From a virus, in IMG/VR virus record IMGVR_UViG_3300012001_000006, positions 17,266-81,265 of that record: a stretch of 64,000 bases of DNA; one strand, 5' to 3'. Both the position numbers and the translations under genes were made by a program. Below are positions 18,630-27,808 of this stretch, piece after piece. The notes beneath the pieces are model-generated. The model did no database searches, was not told the origin of the DNA, and worked only from the letters and a program-made list of their open reading frames with translations. Numbering within the stretch: position 1 is the stretch's first letter; every line of letters begins with the position of its first letter.

Positions 18630-19319
18630 TTATCGTGATGCGGCAACACGCCGCGCGTACTGCAATGGGGATTCGTTCGGCAGCATCATTACTACCGGAC
18701 GTGACGCGATGAGCGTCTTCAATTCGGGTGGCGTCGCGTTGACGGCCAGCGCAGCGACAACCTTCGGCGCTGGTGCCGGTGCGACAACCTTCGGTGCCAG
18801 TGCGGCGGGCGTCTCCGCCAGCTTCTTCATTTCGGCGTTGATCGCTGCGGCGTAGCTGTCTTCTTCCGGCGCCGGCGTGTCGAACTCGCGATCAGCCGCG
18901 GTCGGCGCTTCCTTCGGGGCCGACTTCGTGACGACATCGATCACGCGCCGCTTGCCTGGCATACGCGGGATTTCATCCGGCAGCGTCAAGTTCGTGATGA
19001 TTTGGTTCTGAATGAACTGGCGCGGAAAGTAGAACAGCGCCTCGCCCTTCAACAGCTCCTCGTTACGCATATGAATCGCCGCACAAGTCTTGTTGGCGAT
19101 CGAAGGGATGCAATCGGCGTGCAGCGGGTGCGTACGGCCCGCCTCATGCTCTGAAATCTTCCAGAGACACGACGAGTACGACGGACTGCGCTGCACGATG
19201 TCGCAGCCACGCAGATAGAACGCGTTGTCGCCGCCGGCCGAAGCCGATGGTGGGTAAATTTTCTTCGGCACTTCTGCCGGCTTCACTTCTTCAACTTTTG
19301 TTTCATCGGTCATCATCAT
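18630..19319 (-). CDS. Hypothetical protein
   Basis: 229 aa with N-terminal cysteines and Pro/Ala-rich C-terminus. Confidence 0.7.
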   Translation of the reverse strand: MMMTDETKVEEVKPAEVPKKIYPPSASAGGDNAFYLRGCDIVQRSPSYSSCLWKISEHEAGRTHPLHADCIPSIANKTCAAIHMRNEELLKGEALFYFPRQFIQNQIITNLTLPDEIPRMPGKRRVIDVVTKSAPKEAPTAADREFDTPAPEEDSYAAAINAEMKKLAETPAALAPKVVAPAPAPKVVAALAVNATPPELKTLIASRPVVMMLPNESPLQYARRVAASR

Positions 19320-19325
19320 CTCCAG

Positions 19326-19799
19326 TTACCAGCTACCCCAATTGCCATCGCGAACGATCGGCGGCTCTTCAATTTTTGTCGTGTCAACTATGTCAACCGC
19401 CGGCACGCCAGGCGTCATCGCAAAGTAGTCAAAATACTCAGAGACAGCCTCGCGATCCGTTGTCTCGTTGTAATGCTTCATCGTCGTCTCGCGCAGGCCC
19501 GTTTGGCTCAGTGACTTAGGGCCGACGATGTGGAAGCCAAACTTCGCCTCCGCGAATTTGTACACGCCCTTGCCAGGTCGCGGCGCCGACTTTTGGTTCA
19601 GAATTTCGCGCTGTGCCGACTTGGCCGCCCCTTCGCTTGCGTAGTATTCGATCTTCGTTTGGCCGCCACCGAGCCTCTTGCCGATCGGGCCGTATCGCTT
19701 GATCAAGATCGACTTACCACCGTCGCCGACGATCCGCACCGTTTCGTAGAACTTGGTGCCTCCGTCATGCTCCAGATATTTTGCCTCGACTTGATACAT
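19326..19799 (-). CDS. WGR-domain-like protein
   Basis: TKFYE...KRYGPIG...GQTKIEYYASEGAA...K..GVY pattern of WGR domains. Confidence 0.6.
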   Translation of the reverse strand: MYQVEAKYLEHDGGTKFYETVRIVGDGGKSILIKRYGPIGKRLGGGQTKIEYYASEGAAKSAQREILNQKSAPRPGKGVYKFAEAKFGFHIVGPKSLSQTGLRETTMKHYNETTDREAVSEYFDYFAMTPGVPAVDIVDTTKIEEPPIVRDGNWGSW

Positions 19800-19861
19800 A
19801 TTCAGCTCTCCCGCGCATTTGACGCTTCACTCGATAAGTCATATGTTACTTATCTATCTCA

Positions 19862-19903
19862 GGATTCACAAGTCATTAATGACTTATCCGTACAGGTTGC
19901 CTA
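19862..19903. repeat. 42-bp composite regulatory repeat, copy 2
   Basis: GGATTCACAAGTCATTAATGACTTATCCGTACAGGTTGCCTA. Confidence 0.8.
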
Positions 19904-20116
19904 TGGCATCACTTTGAAGTTTTCATCGAACAGCGAATGGATCCAACGTGAGGTCTCGCTCTCTTGTGGCAAGTCCGCCGGCACCACTAGAAGCCAGGGG
20001 CCGCGCTTATCCGAAAACAACACGCTGTCTCGCTTCGTCAGCACACGCCAGCGCGCGCCACGCTCTTTGATAACCTGTCTCCCGCGCTTCGAGAGTCCGG
20101 CCAGTTCTATGTTCAC
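19901..20116 (-). CDS. Small hypothetical protein
   Basis: GTG start just after the primase stop; MNIELAGLSKRGRQVIKERG. Confidence 0.5.
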   Translation of the reverse strand: MNIELAGLSKRGRQVIKERGARWRVLTKRDSVLFSDKRGPWLLVVPADLPQESETSRWIHSLFDENFKVMP

Positions 20117-20117
20117 G

Positions 20118-21203
20118 TCACGCCCTCTTGCGCAGTCGCAGCCGCGTCGCCACACCCGCGTTGATCACTTCCGCTTTCCAGAATGCAGCGCAGACTTCGG
20201 ACGCGGGGATTTCGTTCGGGTCTTTGTCCTTCGGCAGTATCGCGATGCGCGCCTGGATGCCGCAGCCGTTCAGCATCAGCCCCGCCTCGATCGCATCGTC
20301 GATGGCGCGATCCTCGCCGTCCCACATGAAGGTTGCCTGTTTCAGCCCCTTCTCCTTCAAGCGCATGACCTTGGCGAGCTGGCTATGCTCGTCGCCGCGC
20401 GACAGGTGCTTGCCGAACGTACCAATCGGCACCACGTCACGCAGGGCCATATCGCCGTCCAGAGCGATTTTCATGGCAGCCACGTCGAATACCCCCTCAC
20501 CGATGGCGATACGCGCAGCACCGACCGCATTGTGGCCGTTGTACAGGTGTGTACCGGTCGAGGAAAAGCCAGGCGGGAATAGATATTTCTTATCTGCCGT
20601 GTCAGTGATGTCTCGCCCCTGGAAGCTGACCAGTTCGCCTTCCAGATCGAATACAGGAATGATGATCCGGTTGGTGTAATCCTGAAACAAAGGTCGCCCA
20701 CGCTCGTCCTCATAATTGAACTTCCCTCTCTGTGAAAAGCGCAGCGAGAAATACTTGGCGATGTCCGCGGTGATGTTGCGGCTGTCCAGGTACTTCAGGT
20801 TGCGCCCGTTGTGCGGCAGCGCGATCGATGCCGGCAGCTTCAGTTCCTCGCCGGTTAGACTGACCGCCACGCTGATCTTGCGCGCCGGCCGCCAGCCCTG
20901 ATCACGCGCGAACGTCTTGATGTGGTCAACCGTCGCCTTGTTCGTTCCGCCGATCGATGCGTGGATGAAGCTCCACTTGTTGTATTTCGTTTCGCAGTCG
21001 CCGGCGAAGCAGTTGCCGAGACCGCTGTCGGCGTTCAGAAACACCTTCCAGTTCGAGTTACCGCAGCAAGGGCATTCCTTGACGTTAAGCTGCTGGCCGG
21101 ATGCGCCGCGCGCCCGTTTGTAGCGGACACCTTCCTGATCCAGCCAGGACTCGATGTCGAGCGTATCGATGGCCTCGCGCAGCTCCTCGTTGCGGTCGGT
21201 CAT
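20118..21203 (-). CDS. DNA primase (zinc finger plus Toprim)
   Basis: ECPCC...NCF..C, RIIIPV, FQGR, KKYLFP, IGEGVFD, WDGED, KDPNE. Confidence 0.9.
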   Translation of the reverse strand: MTDRNEELREAIDTLDIESWLDQEGVRYKRARGASGQQLNVKECPCCGNSNWKVFLNADSGLGNCFAGDCETKYNKWSFIHASIGGTNKATVDHIKTFARDQGWRPARKISVAVSLTGEELKLPASIALPHNGRNLKYLDSRNITADIAKYFSLRFSQRGKFNYEDERGRPLFQDYTNRIIIPVFDLEGELVSFQGRDITDTADKKYLFPPGFSSTGTHLYNGHNAVGAARIAIGEGVFDVAAMKIALDGDMALRDVVPIGTFGKHLSRGDEHSQLAKVMRLKEKGLKQATFMWDGEDRAIDDAIEAGLMLNGCGIQARIAILPKDKDPNEIPASEVCAAFWKAEVINAGVATRLRLRKRA

Positions 21204-21299
21204 TTAGGCATCCAGCCAGAGGCACAAGAAGCCGATAACGAACGCATACCACGGTGCGTCATAGTGAATACAGGCGAAAAAAGCGAAGATAGCAGTCAT
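21204..21299 (-). CDS. 31-aa hydrophobic peptide
   Basis: MTAIFAFFACIHYDAPWYAFVIGFLCLWLDA exactly fills the helicase-primase gap (TAATG and TAAATG couplings). Confidence 0.55.
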   Translation of the reverse strand: MTAIFAFFACIHYDAPWYAFVIGFLCLWLDA

Positions 21300-22750
21300 T
21301 ATTCGATCTTTATGATGGAACTTATGAATTTCATCTTCGCCAATTCTTGCTTGATGAAAATCGTAAAGCCGGATTCTTGGTTTCGGGATGCGGCAAAGAA
21401 TAGTCGCGCCTCATTAGCCGCTCGCTCCTCGTCGGTGACGTTGATCGATATCATCAAGTCAACCGTCCGCACCTTGTTGAAGTCGTCCGCGACGTGTTCC
21501 GCTTTCGCTACGGCCGCCTGGTATCCCACGCGGTTCGTCTGCGTTGCGGTGAGCATGGCGACGTTCTCTTCGAACGCAATGGCGCGCAGTCCGAGCCAGA
21601 TGTTCTTGGAGTTCTCAATCGCGTCGTTGCAGCGGTGATCCGGCGCCATGATGTCGCCGTAATCGACCACCACCAAGTCGAAAATGATGGCCGGTCGGAC
21701 GGTGCCGTCCGACTTCAACTTTGGCGTCTTGTAGCGCTGAATCAGCGCACTCAGCATGGATGGCGTCAGGGTGCCGCTTGGGTATTCGTGAATCATCAAC
21801 GCGCCGGTGTTCTTTTGCAGCGCCTCGACCTTCGCACGGACATCGTGGATCTTGATACCTAGCTCCTTGACATAGGTGTCGGTGATCGACGCATCCAGGC
21901 GCTCGGCGAGAATCCGACCCGCAACCTCGCATGTCACGTACAGCACATTCTTTTTTGCCAGCGATGCGAACTTGGCGAAGTTGATCAGCGCCGTTGTTTT
22001 GCCCGCCTTCGCGCCGCCCACGATGCAAGACAGCTCCTTCTTGCCCCACCCCCTGTGGTAGAGCAGGTTATCCATCTGCAACAAACCGGTCGTGACGCCG
22101 GTTGGCGGCATCAACCCTGCCGCGCGATCCGTGCGCTCGTTGGTGCGCTCGGTGATCCGATCGTAATAGTCGTATTCGTCGCCATCGGTATTGACGCCGA
22201 CCTCGACCGCCATCTTGATTGCCGTCTCGATCTTATCGAACTGCTTTTTCTCCAGCAGATCGACCGACTTGAGGATCGCGGCCGAGACCGCCTGGTGGCG
22301 CGCAAAGACCGCAACGTCTTCCGCCATCGCATCGCTGTTGCTCAGATCGGCGGTCGATTTGAAGATCGCGCCGAATGCTTCTTTCGCCACATCGAGGATG
22401 TCGCTACGAATTGTCTTTTCTTCTTTGGCGGTCTTGAACAGCTTGATCGCCACGGTCAAGCCTGGCAGGTCGTTGTACTTCTCGTAGAAGCGCAACGCCA
22501 TGTTGACGATCGCCGCCTCGCCCACGTTGTCGAAATACTCCGGCTTGATCAGGTGGCCGACCTTGCGCATGAAGCTGATATCACGCATGGCGTGAGTGGC
22601 GATCTTGGTTTGAAAGGCGGGGTCATCTTCAAACTTCGACACTTCAGCCGTATCGATCGTTACGTCGGCGGCCGACACTGGTGTAGCAATGCCCGAATAC
22701 GCTTTGCCGACCATTGCAGCGACGGACTCTTCTGCGGTTGCAACGGTCAT
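21299..22750 (-). CDS. DnaB-like replicative helicase
   Basis: Walker A GGAKAGKTT, VTCE, VVVDYGD, TATQTNR, ASRN. Confidence 0.92.
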   Translation of the reverse strand: MTVATAEESVAAMVGKAYSGIATPVSAADVTIDTAEVSKFEDDPAFQTKIATHAMRDISFMRKVGHLIKPEYFDNVGEAAIVNMALRFYEKYNDLPGLTVAIKLFKTAKEEKTIRSDILDVAKEAFGAIFKSTADLSNSDAMAEDVAVFARHQAVSAAILKSVDLLEKKQFDKIETAIKMAVEVGVNTDGDEYDYYDRITERTNERTDRAAGLMPPTGVTTGLLQMDNLLYHRGWGKKELSCIVGGAKAGKTTALINFAKFASLAKKNVLYVTCEVAGRILAERLDASITDTYVKELGIKIHDVRAKVEALQKNTGALMIHEYPSGTLTPSMLSALIQRYKTPKLKSDGTVRPAIIFDLVVVDYGDIMAPDHRCNDAIENSKNIWLGLRAIAFEENVAMLTATQTNRVGYQAAVAKAEHVADDFNKVRTVDLMISINVTDEERAANEARLFFAASRNQESGFTIFIKQELAKMKFISSIIKIE

Positions 22751-22752
22751 GC

Positions 22753-23172
22753 TTATACCTGCTCGGCTGGCGCGGCCGACTCAACAGGGCGCGGGGTGAT
22801 GGCTGAGAACTCGCTGATATCGTGTTTGAATATCACACGGTCGCGGAATGTTTCGCCGGCCCCTTCAGAAAAGGAAGCGACGCGAACCGAAACGGTGAAT
22901 TTGTCGGAATGCTTGATGGTGCCAACGACAATCGTCCCGTCGCGCTTTTGAATCGTGACCATTGCGCCCGATGTCTCCAGCGCCTTCAGGAAGAGTTCGT
23001 GACCCTTCAAGACTTCCTTCTTTGGCGCCGCCGCTGTGGTGCGCGCCGTGTATGGCCGAGTTGCTTTGATGATTGGGCGACGAATTGAACCGTCTTCGCG
23101 AGCTAAGCGGGCGCCTTCTTCGATTTGCTGTGTACGTTCTTTGGCGTCGAATGCCTGCTGTGCGTGTAACAT
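22753..23172 (-). CDS. Hfq/Sm-like RNA-binding protein
   Basis: HELFLKAL helix; Sm1 VTIQKRDGTIVVGTIKHSDKFTV; Sm2 VIFKHDISEF, compare Hfq MVYKHAISTV. Confidence 0.75.
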   Translation of the reverse strand: MLHAQQAFDAKERTQQIEEGARLAREDGSIRRPIIKATRPYTARTTAAAPKKEVLKGHELFLKALETSGAMVTIQKRDGTIVVGTIKHSDKFTVSVRVASFSEGAGETFRDRVIFKHDISEFSAITPRPVESAAPAEQV

Positions 23173-23243
23173 TGAATCTCCTGTAGGTTGATGAAAAATG
23201 CTGATTCACTCGAATGACTACATTATAGCTCAGTATTGACTGA

Positions 23244-23966
23244 CTATTGCAAGCCGGCGATCAGGCAATGATCAATTGCGTCGGCAACATTTTGACCAGA
23301 GAAGCGCCGCAACACGGTCTCGATGCGAATCGCGTCATGTACATATAGCGATGCGTGAATCCCGAAACGTGGATGGGGGCGCTGCGCGATTTCACCGACC
23401 AGATAGTCTTCATAGGCGAGCTGGTCAGGGCCACCGACGAACGCTGACGTGACGTATCGCGGCGACTTCGCGTATTGAATCTTGGCCTTGCGTTCGAGCG
23501 CCCACGCGTTTGCAATCTCCACCAGCATGTCGCTATTGGTCGTGATGTGGCAAGGGCGTGGCGGCTGTCTCCAGCCGGCCGTAATGCACCAATCCATCGC
23601 CTTGCGCATGAAGAAGTCGTACCGCACTCCCATTTCGTCGATCTTCTGCCGCAACAGCCAGAACGAGCGCTTCTCCCGCGCATTCATCACGTCCTTGCCG
23701 GTGAAGCCCGCCATGAAGCCGCCGCCCTTTCCATACGCTGTCAGCATGAAGGTGCCGTAAGCGCGGTTGAAGTGATGGGCAAACAGGTACGTCGCCTGGG
23801 TTGGATGCAGTGGACGGTAATCGAACCATTTGTCCTGGTACAGCTTTGCCTCGCCGGCCAGGACTTTACGATCGATGTTCGCAATCGCCAGTATTTCGCA
23901 TTCGTTGAATGTCAGCGCCGACCCAAAATAGGGGCCGTGTGTTTCGCTTGGGGATACTTCGCTCAT
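23244..23966 (-). CDS. Hypothetical phage protein
   Basis: 240 aa, GAGG RBS; KWFDYRPLHP motif. Confidence 0.75.
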   Translation of the reverse strand: MSEVSPSETHGPYFGSALTFNECEILAIANIDRKVLAGEAKLYQDKWFDYRPLHPTQATYLFAHHFNRAYGTFMLTAYGKGGGFMAGFTGKDVMNAREKRSFWLLRQKIDEMGVRYDFFMRKAMDWCITAGWRQPPRPCHITTNSDMLVEIANAWALERKAKIQYAKSPRYVTSAFVGGPDQLAYEDYLVGEIAQRPHPRFGIHASLYVHDAIRIETVLRRFSGQNVADAIDHCLIAGLQ

Positions 23967-24129
23967 CTTGGGTACGCCTCTCTCCGCGGTTAATCTTCAA
24001 TTCTGTATTTCTGCATTTCAGTATTATAGTAAGTCTTTACCTAAGACCGTGGCGGCCCCAAGCAACCTGCCCCCAACTGGATCTGAGATTCAAGAAGGCG
24101 AGGCACCGGCCCCACCTTCCCGTTGTTCC

Positions 24130-24906
24130 TTATCGCTGTAGTGCCGGATTGATGCGACTCGGTGCCGGTGATTCGTACGCTTCCACGACCTCCTGACAGA
24201 ACCCTGACCGCACGATGTCCTTCTTCTCGAACATCACGACTTTCACGGACGAAATGTGCATCAGACGGTTCGCGGCGTCGACAAAACCGCTTTGCCCTTT
24301 GATATCGACCTGCGACTCGTCGCCATTGATGACCACGGTAGCGTTCTCACCGACGCGCGTCAGGAACAGCTTGAACTGGTCGGCGGTCGCGTTCTGACCT
24401 TCATCCAGGATCACGAAGCAATTCTTAAATGTCTTGCCGCGCATGTAGGCGAACGGCTCGCACTTGATGCGGCCTTCCTTGATCAGATACTCGACGAAGG
24501 ACTTGCCCAAGCGCTCCTCGAATACGTCGCGCACTGGATCGAAGTAGGCGTCGAATTTCTCGTCTGCCGTGCCAGGTAGAAAGCCCAAGTTCTCACCGCC
24601 CGCCTCGACTGCCGGCCGCGTCAGAATGATCTTCTCGACCCGCTTGTCCATCAGCGCTTCGCACGCCATAGTGCCGGCGATATAAGTCTTGCCTGTACCT
24701 GCCGGCCCCAGACCAAACACAACCCCGCCATCATTGCGCATGGCACTGGCGTATTTGCGTTGCTTGTCGTTCTTGGGTTCGAAGGCTGCGGCGCGCACCG
24801 GTTTGGCCGGCGGCATGTGTTCTGCGTACTGCTGTTCTGGGAGTGAGCCTGCTCGTTTCGATTGGCGCTTGTTACTTCTGTCCGACTGCTTGCTGCTTCG
24901 CGGCAT
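24130..24906 (-). CDS. phoH: PhoH-family ATPase
   Basis: GPAGTGKT, IILTRPAVEAG, LGFLPG, YMRGKTF, ILDEGQN, GDESQVD, DIVRS. Confidence 0.95.
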   Translation of the reverse strand: MPRSSKQSDRSNKRQSKRAGSLPEQQYAEHMPPAKPVRAAAFEPKNDKQRKYASAMRNDGGVVFGLGPAGTGKTYIAGTMACEALMDKRVEKIILTRPAVEAGGENLGFLPGTADEKFDAYFDPVRDVFEERLGKSFVEYLIKEGRIKCEPFAYMRGKTFKNCFVILDEGQNATADQFKLFLTRVGENATVVINGDESQVDIKGQSGFVDAANRLMHISSVKVVMFEKKDIVRSGFCQEVVEAYESPAPSRINPALQR

Positions 24907-24997
24907 GAGTGTCCCTCTTCCAGATTGGTTGGTTGGTCAAGTCCTTACTATACCTCACTGGTGACTGACTAAACAATATGAAAGAGGGAATATATTT

Positions 24998-26329
24998 TCA
25001 GTGCATGAGTAGCGGTTTGATAACGTGATGATCAACCTCGATCGGCTCGCGTACGTACATCTTGCCGCCCGCCACGCAGAAGTCCGTGATCGACACGTAG
25101 TCATGCACCGTGGAGCGCGTGTGCGTGTCGATGTGGGCGATATCGAACCCGTTGTGCCACTTCTCACCCTCGCAGTACGATGCGCTGCGCTTGTGGCCGC
25201 TGCCGAGCTGATGCCACTCAAACGCGCCGTAGATCGGCGTGAAGTCCGACCAGACGACGTGCTTGTGGTGATGTCCGTTCACGCCAGGCATTTTCCAATC
25301 GCGTGCGAATGGGAAGTGATGGCAGACGAAGGTGTCGTAATAGATTTTGTAGTTCTGGGCCAGCTCCTTCTCGAAGTCGCGCTTGGTGAAGGCGGCCAGG
25401 TCGGCTTTCGCGATGTAGTTGATTTCGAACTTGTCCAGGCCCAACAGCTTGGCGATCGTCCAGCCGTGGAGGTCTGCCAGCACCGCCCTGATCGCTGGTG
25501 ATTCGTCCGCCAGGTGCCGCAGCATCCGTGCTTCGTGGTTGCCTTCAATGAAGTCGATCTGCGCGTCCGGTGCGGCAGCGCGTGTCGGCCCGAGGATGCG
25601 TTCGTGGGCAAACTTGATGCGCTGCACGACCCCCCACTCCCGCGGATCGACGCCGTAGCGCCCGAATTCCGGCAAATCAAAAATGTCTCCATTGAAAACG
25701 ATGATGTCTGGCTGCACGCGGGCCACCGTATCGAGCCATACGCGCAGGTAGAATTCATCGACCTCGACATCGTGGAGATCCGAACAGATCATGATCGTCT
25801 TGAAGCGGCCGGTGCCGTCCTTTAGGTACTTGGTCGCATAGTCCATACGATCGACGGTCATCTGCCGATAGTGGTCTACCGATGCGTGCTTGGCGATGTG
25901 GCGCTCAAGTTGGTGCTGCTGGCGCGAGAGTTTGAGACCGGCCTGGCGCTTGAACTCTTCGAACGTGCCAAAGAAGCGGTTCCAGGTCGATTCCGAGATG
26001 GCGCTGTGATTGCGGAAGTAGTTGCGGCTGATGACTTGCTCGGTGTCGATCTTGGCGATGCGGCGCAGTTCCTCGATACAGTCTTCTGCCGTCCAGTCCG
26101 CCATGAACTTCGATGTGTCTTCCGACATCGGCACTTCTGATGTCGGAGCGCGCAAGATCATTTTCTGCGCTGCCGGATCACTCTTGGCTAAATTGCGCAG
26201 GAATCCCGCCTTGTTGCGCACCGTCTTGATTGAGATGTCCAGCTCGTTCGATACGTCTGCGAGTGTGTGGAAGGATTCGAGGTCGTTGTAGACTTCGACA
26301 AAGCGCTGTAAGTCGGTCAATTTGGGCAT
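24998..26329 (-). CDS. Calcineurin-like metallophosphoesterase with N-terminal HTH-like region
   Basis: SDLHD, NGDIFD, EGNHE, NGHHH motifs; N-terminal LADVSNELDISIKTVRN. Confidence 0.85.
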   Translation of the reverse strand: MPKLTDLQRFVEVYNDLESFHTLADVSNELDISIKTVRNKAGFLRNLAKSDPAAQKMILRAPTSEVPMSEDTSKFMADWTAEDCIEELRRIAKIDTEQVISRNYFRNHSAISESTWNRFFGTFEEFKRQAGLKLSRQQHQLERHIAKHASVDHYRQMTVDRMDYATKYLKDGTGRFKTIMICSDLHDVEVDEFYLRVWLDTVARVQPDIIVFNGDIFDLPEFGRYGVDPREWGVVQRIKFAHERILGPTRAAAPDAQIDFIEGNHEARMLRHLADESPAIRAVLADLHGWTIAKLLGLDKFEINYIAKADLAAFTKRDFEKELAQNYKIYYDTFVCHHFPFARDWKMPGVNGHHHKHVVWSDFTPIYGAFEWHQLGSGHKRSASYCEGEKWHNGFDIAHIDTHTRSTVHDYVSITDFCVAGGKMYVREPIEVDHHVIKPLLMH

Positions 26330-26350
26330 ATTCGGGCGAGTAAGAGGATG

Positions 26351-26380
26351 AAAAAAGCAGGCCGTTTCGGGCCTGCTTGT
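26351..26380 (-). terminator. Rho-independent terminator closing the lysis cassette
   Basis: AAAAAAGCAGGCC-GTTTCG-GGCCTGCTT. Confidence 0.75.
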
Positions 26381-26406
26381 TTAGTACGTCACGTATGACT
26401 TACGCA

Positions 26407-26706
26407 TTAGACCGCGGCAGGAATCGCTTCGGGTGCAAAGAGCGCCGCAGCAGCCGCTATGCCTCCGTCTTTCTGATACGCCGCGAGCATGGCGGCAATG
26501 TGCGGCCAGACGTGTTCGAAGGCGACTTCGGCCGAACCGAATGCTGAGTAGAACGAAGTCAGACCAGCCTTAACCATTTCCATCTTTGCTTCTGCCGGAG
26601 CAGACGCGCCAACAGAGCCTTCCACCGCACCGATCAGCTTGACCGCGACAGGAATCAGGCCAGCTACGCCCTCGACGATTTGAACAGCTTGGAGTACGTT
26701 GAACAT
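26407..26706 (-). CDS. Hypothetical protein in the lysis cassette
   Basis: AAAGGA RBS; amphipathic 99 aa. Confidence 0.65.
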   Translation of the reverse strand: MFNVLQAVQIVEGVAGLIPVAVKLIGAVEGSVGASAPAEAKMEMVKAGLTSFYSAFGSAEVAFEHVWPHIAAMLAAYQKDGGIAAAAALFAPEAIPAAV

Positions 26707-26802
26707 GCAATTTCCTTTCAGTTGATACATTTGACTTCAAAAATGACCCCATCAATCGAGGCCAGGTAATTCTCTAAAGACCGCTGCGCCGACAGCGATT
26801 CG

Positions 26803-27222
26803 TCAGCCGAAATATGGCGGGAGACCTGCGTCTGCGGCCGAGCTGAAAGGCCGCACTTCGCTTTTGGGGTTAGGAGCTTCGTTAGCGACGGTAGGCTCAG
26901 CAGTTTCGGCTGACACTCGGTTGCTGACTGACGAATCAATTGCTCCAGGCGCGACGACGACTTTTGCCGGCAATAGCCCGCCGCGTTTGCTCGTAATGTT
27001 GTTGAGTACAAAATGAACAAGAGCAACAATGCCAGCAGCGATTGCAGCGGCGGTGGTGGTGTCCAATGTGATGCCAATGCCATAATCCCCCGCTACTTTG
27101 ACCGCCATCATGATTGCCGGAACCAAGACCGTTGCCGCGTTGCCGCCATCCTTCCAGGCTTCTGGGTTGGCGACCTCGTTACCCTTTCGGAATAACGAGA
27201 GTAAATCCATCAACTTTTCCAT
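26803..27222 (-). CDS. Putative holin / membrane protein
   Basis: Two hydrophobic segments; next to the endolysin. Confidence 0.55.
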   Translation of the reverse strand: MEKLMDLLSLFRKGNEVANPEAWKDGGNAATVLVPAIMMAVKVAGDYGIGITLDTTTAAAIAAGIVALVHFVLNNITSKRGGLLPAKVVVAPGAIDSSVSNRVSAETAEPTVANEAPNPKSEVRPFSSAADAGLPPYFG

Positions 27223-27277
27223 ACGTACCTCGATAAATGTTTGCCACCTTCGCCATTATAGCTCACTCAATACTGAC

Positions 27278-27796
27278 TTATGAATCCTGTGCGCCAAAAC
27301 GCAGATCGGCAGCGATACGCCGCGCCCATCCCTTGCCGGCAAACTCCCAATTCTTGCAGCCCGTCATGAAGATCAGGCGCTCAGCCAGAAACCTCATAAT
27401 CAGGTCGTGGGCCGCCATCGCCGCGATCGCCGCGACCGTTACAGGGCCAACGTGTCCGTCGTCTGCGCAGCTCACCGCGCGCTGGATGGCGCGAATCGCC
27501 GGGCTGATACCGGAGTTGACCGCAAAGTCCAGCATTTGATATGCGACGCCGAACGCTTGGCCGTCCAGGTGTGCCGCATCCCAGAAGTCGCGCTTGTACA
27601 GGGCGATCGCCTGGTCGCGCGTCAGCTCCTTGATGTTGACGGTTGGGTAGCTGCGCTTGCTGATACCCCAATTGGTTTCACCGCCTGGATCTTGAGGGTC
27701 GTTAACATAGCCGCCCTCATTGCCGAGCAAGCGGCCGATGGCAACGTAAAAGTCTGGCCGCTCTGCCGATACTACGTGTGTGGTTCCGAAGAACAT
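27278..27796 (-). CDS. Endolysin, glycoside hydrolase family 108
   Basis: NEGGYVNDPQDPGGETNWGIS, DFAVNSG, DGHVGPVT, FAGKGWARR. Confidence 0.93.
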   Translation of the reverse strand: MFFGTTHVVSAERPDFYVAIGRLLGNEGGYVNDPQDPGGETNWGISKRSYPTVNIKELTRDQAIALYKRDFWDAAHLDGQAFGVAYQMLDFAVNSGISPAIRAIQRAVSCADDGHVGPVTVAAIAAMAAHDLIMRFLAERLIFMTGCKNWEFAGKGWARRIAADLRFGAQDS

Positions 27797-27808
27797 AAAT
27801 GCTCCGTG

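Noticed and set aside
19880-19900. lux box (CGTACAGGT resembles one half of the canonical box)
   Set aside because: No matching other half or dyad symmetry, and the second copy of the repeat differs at these positions
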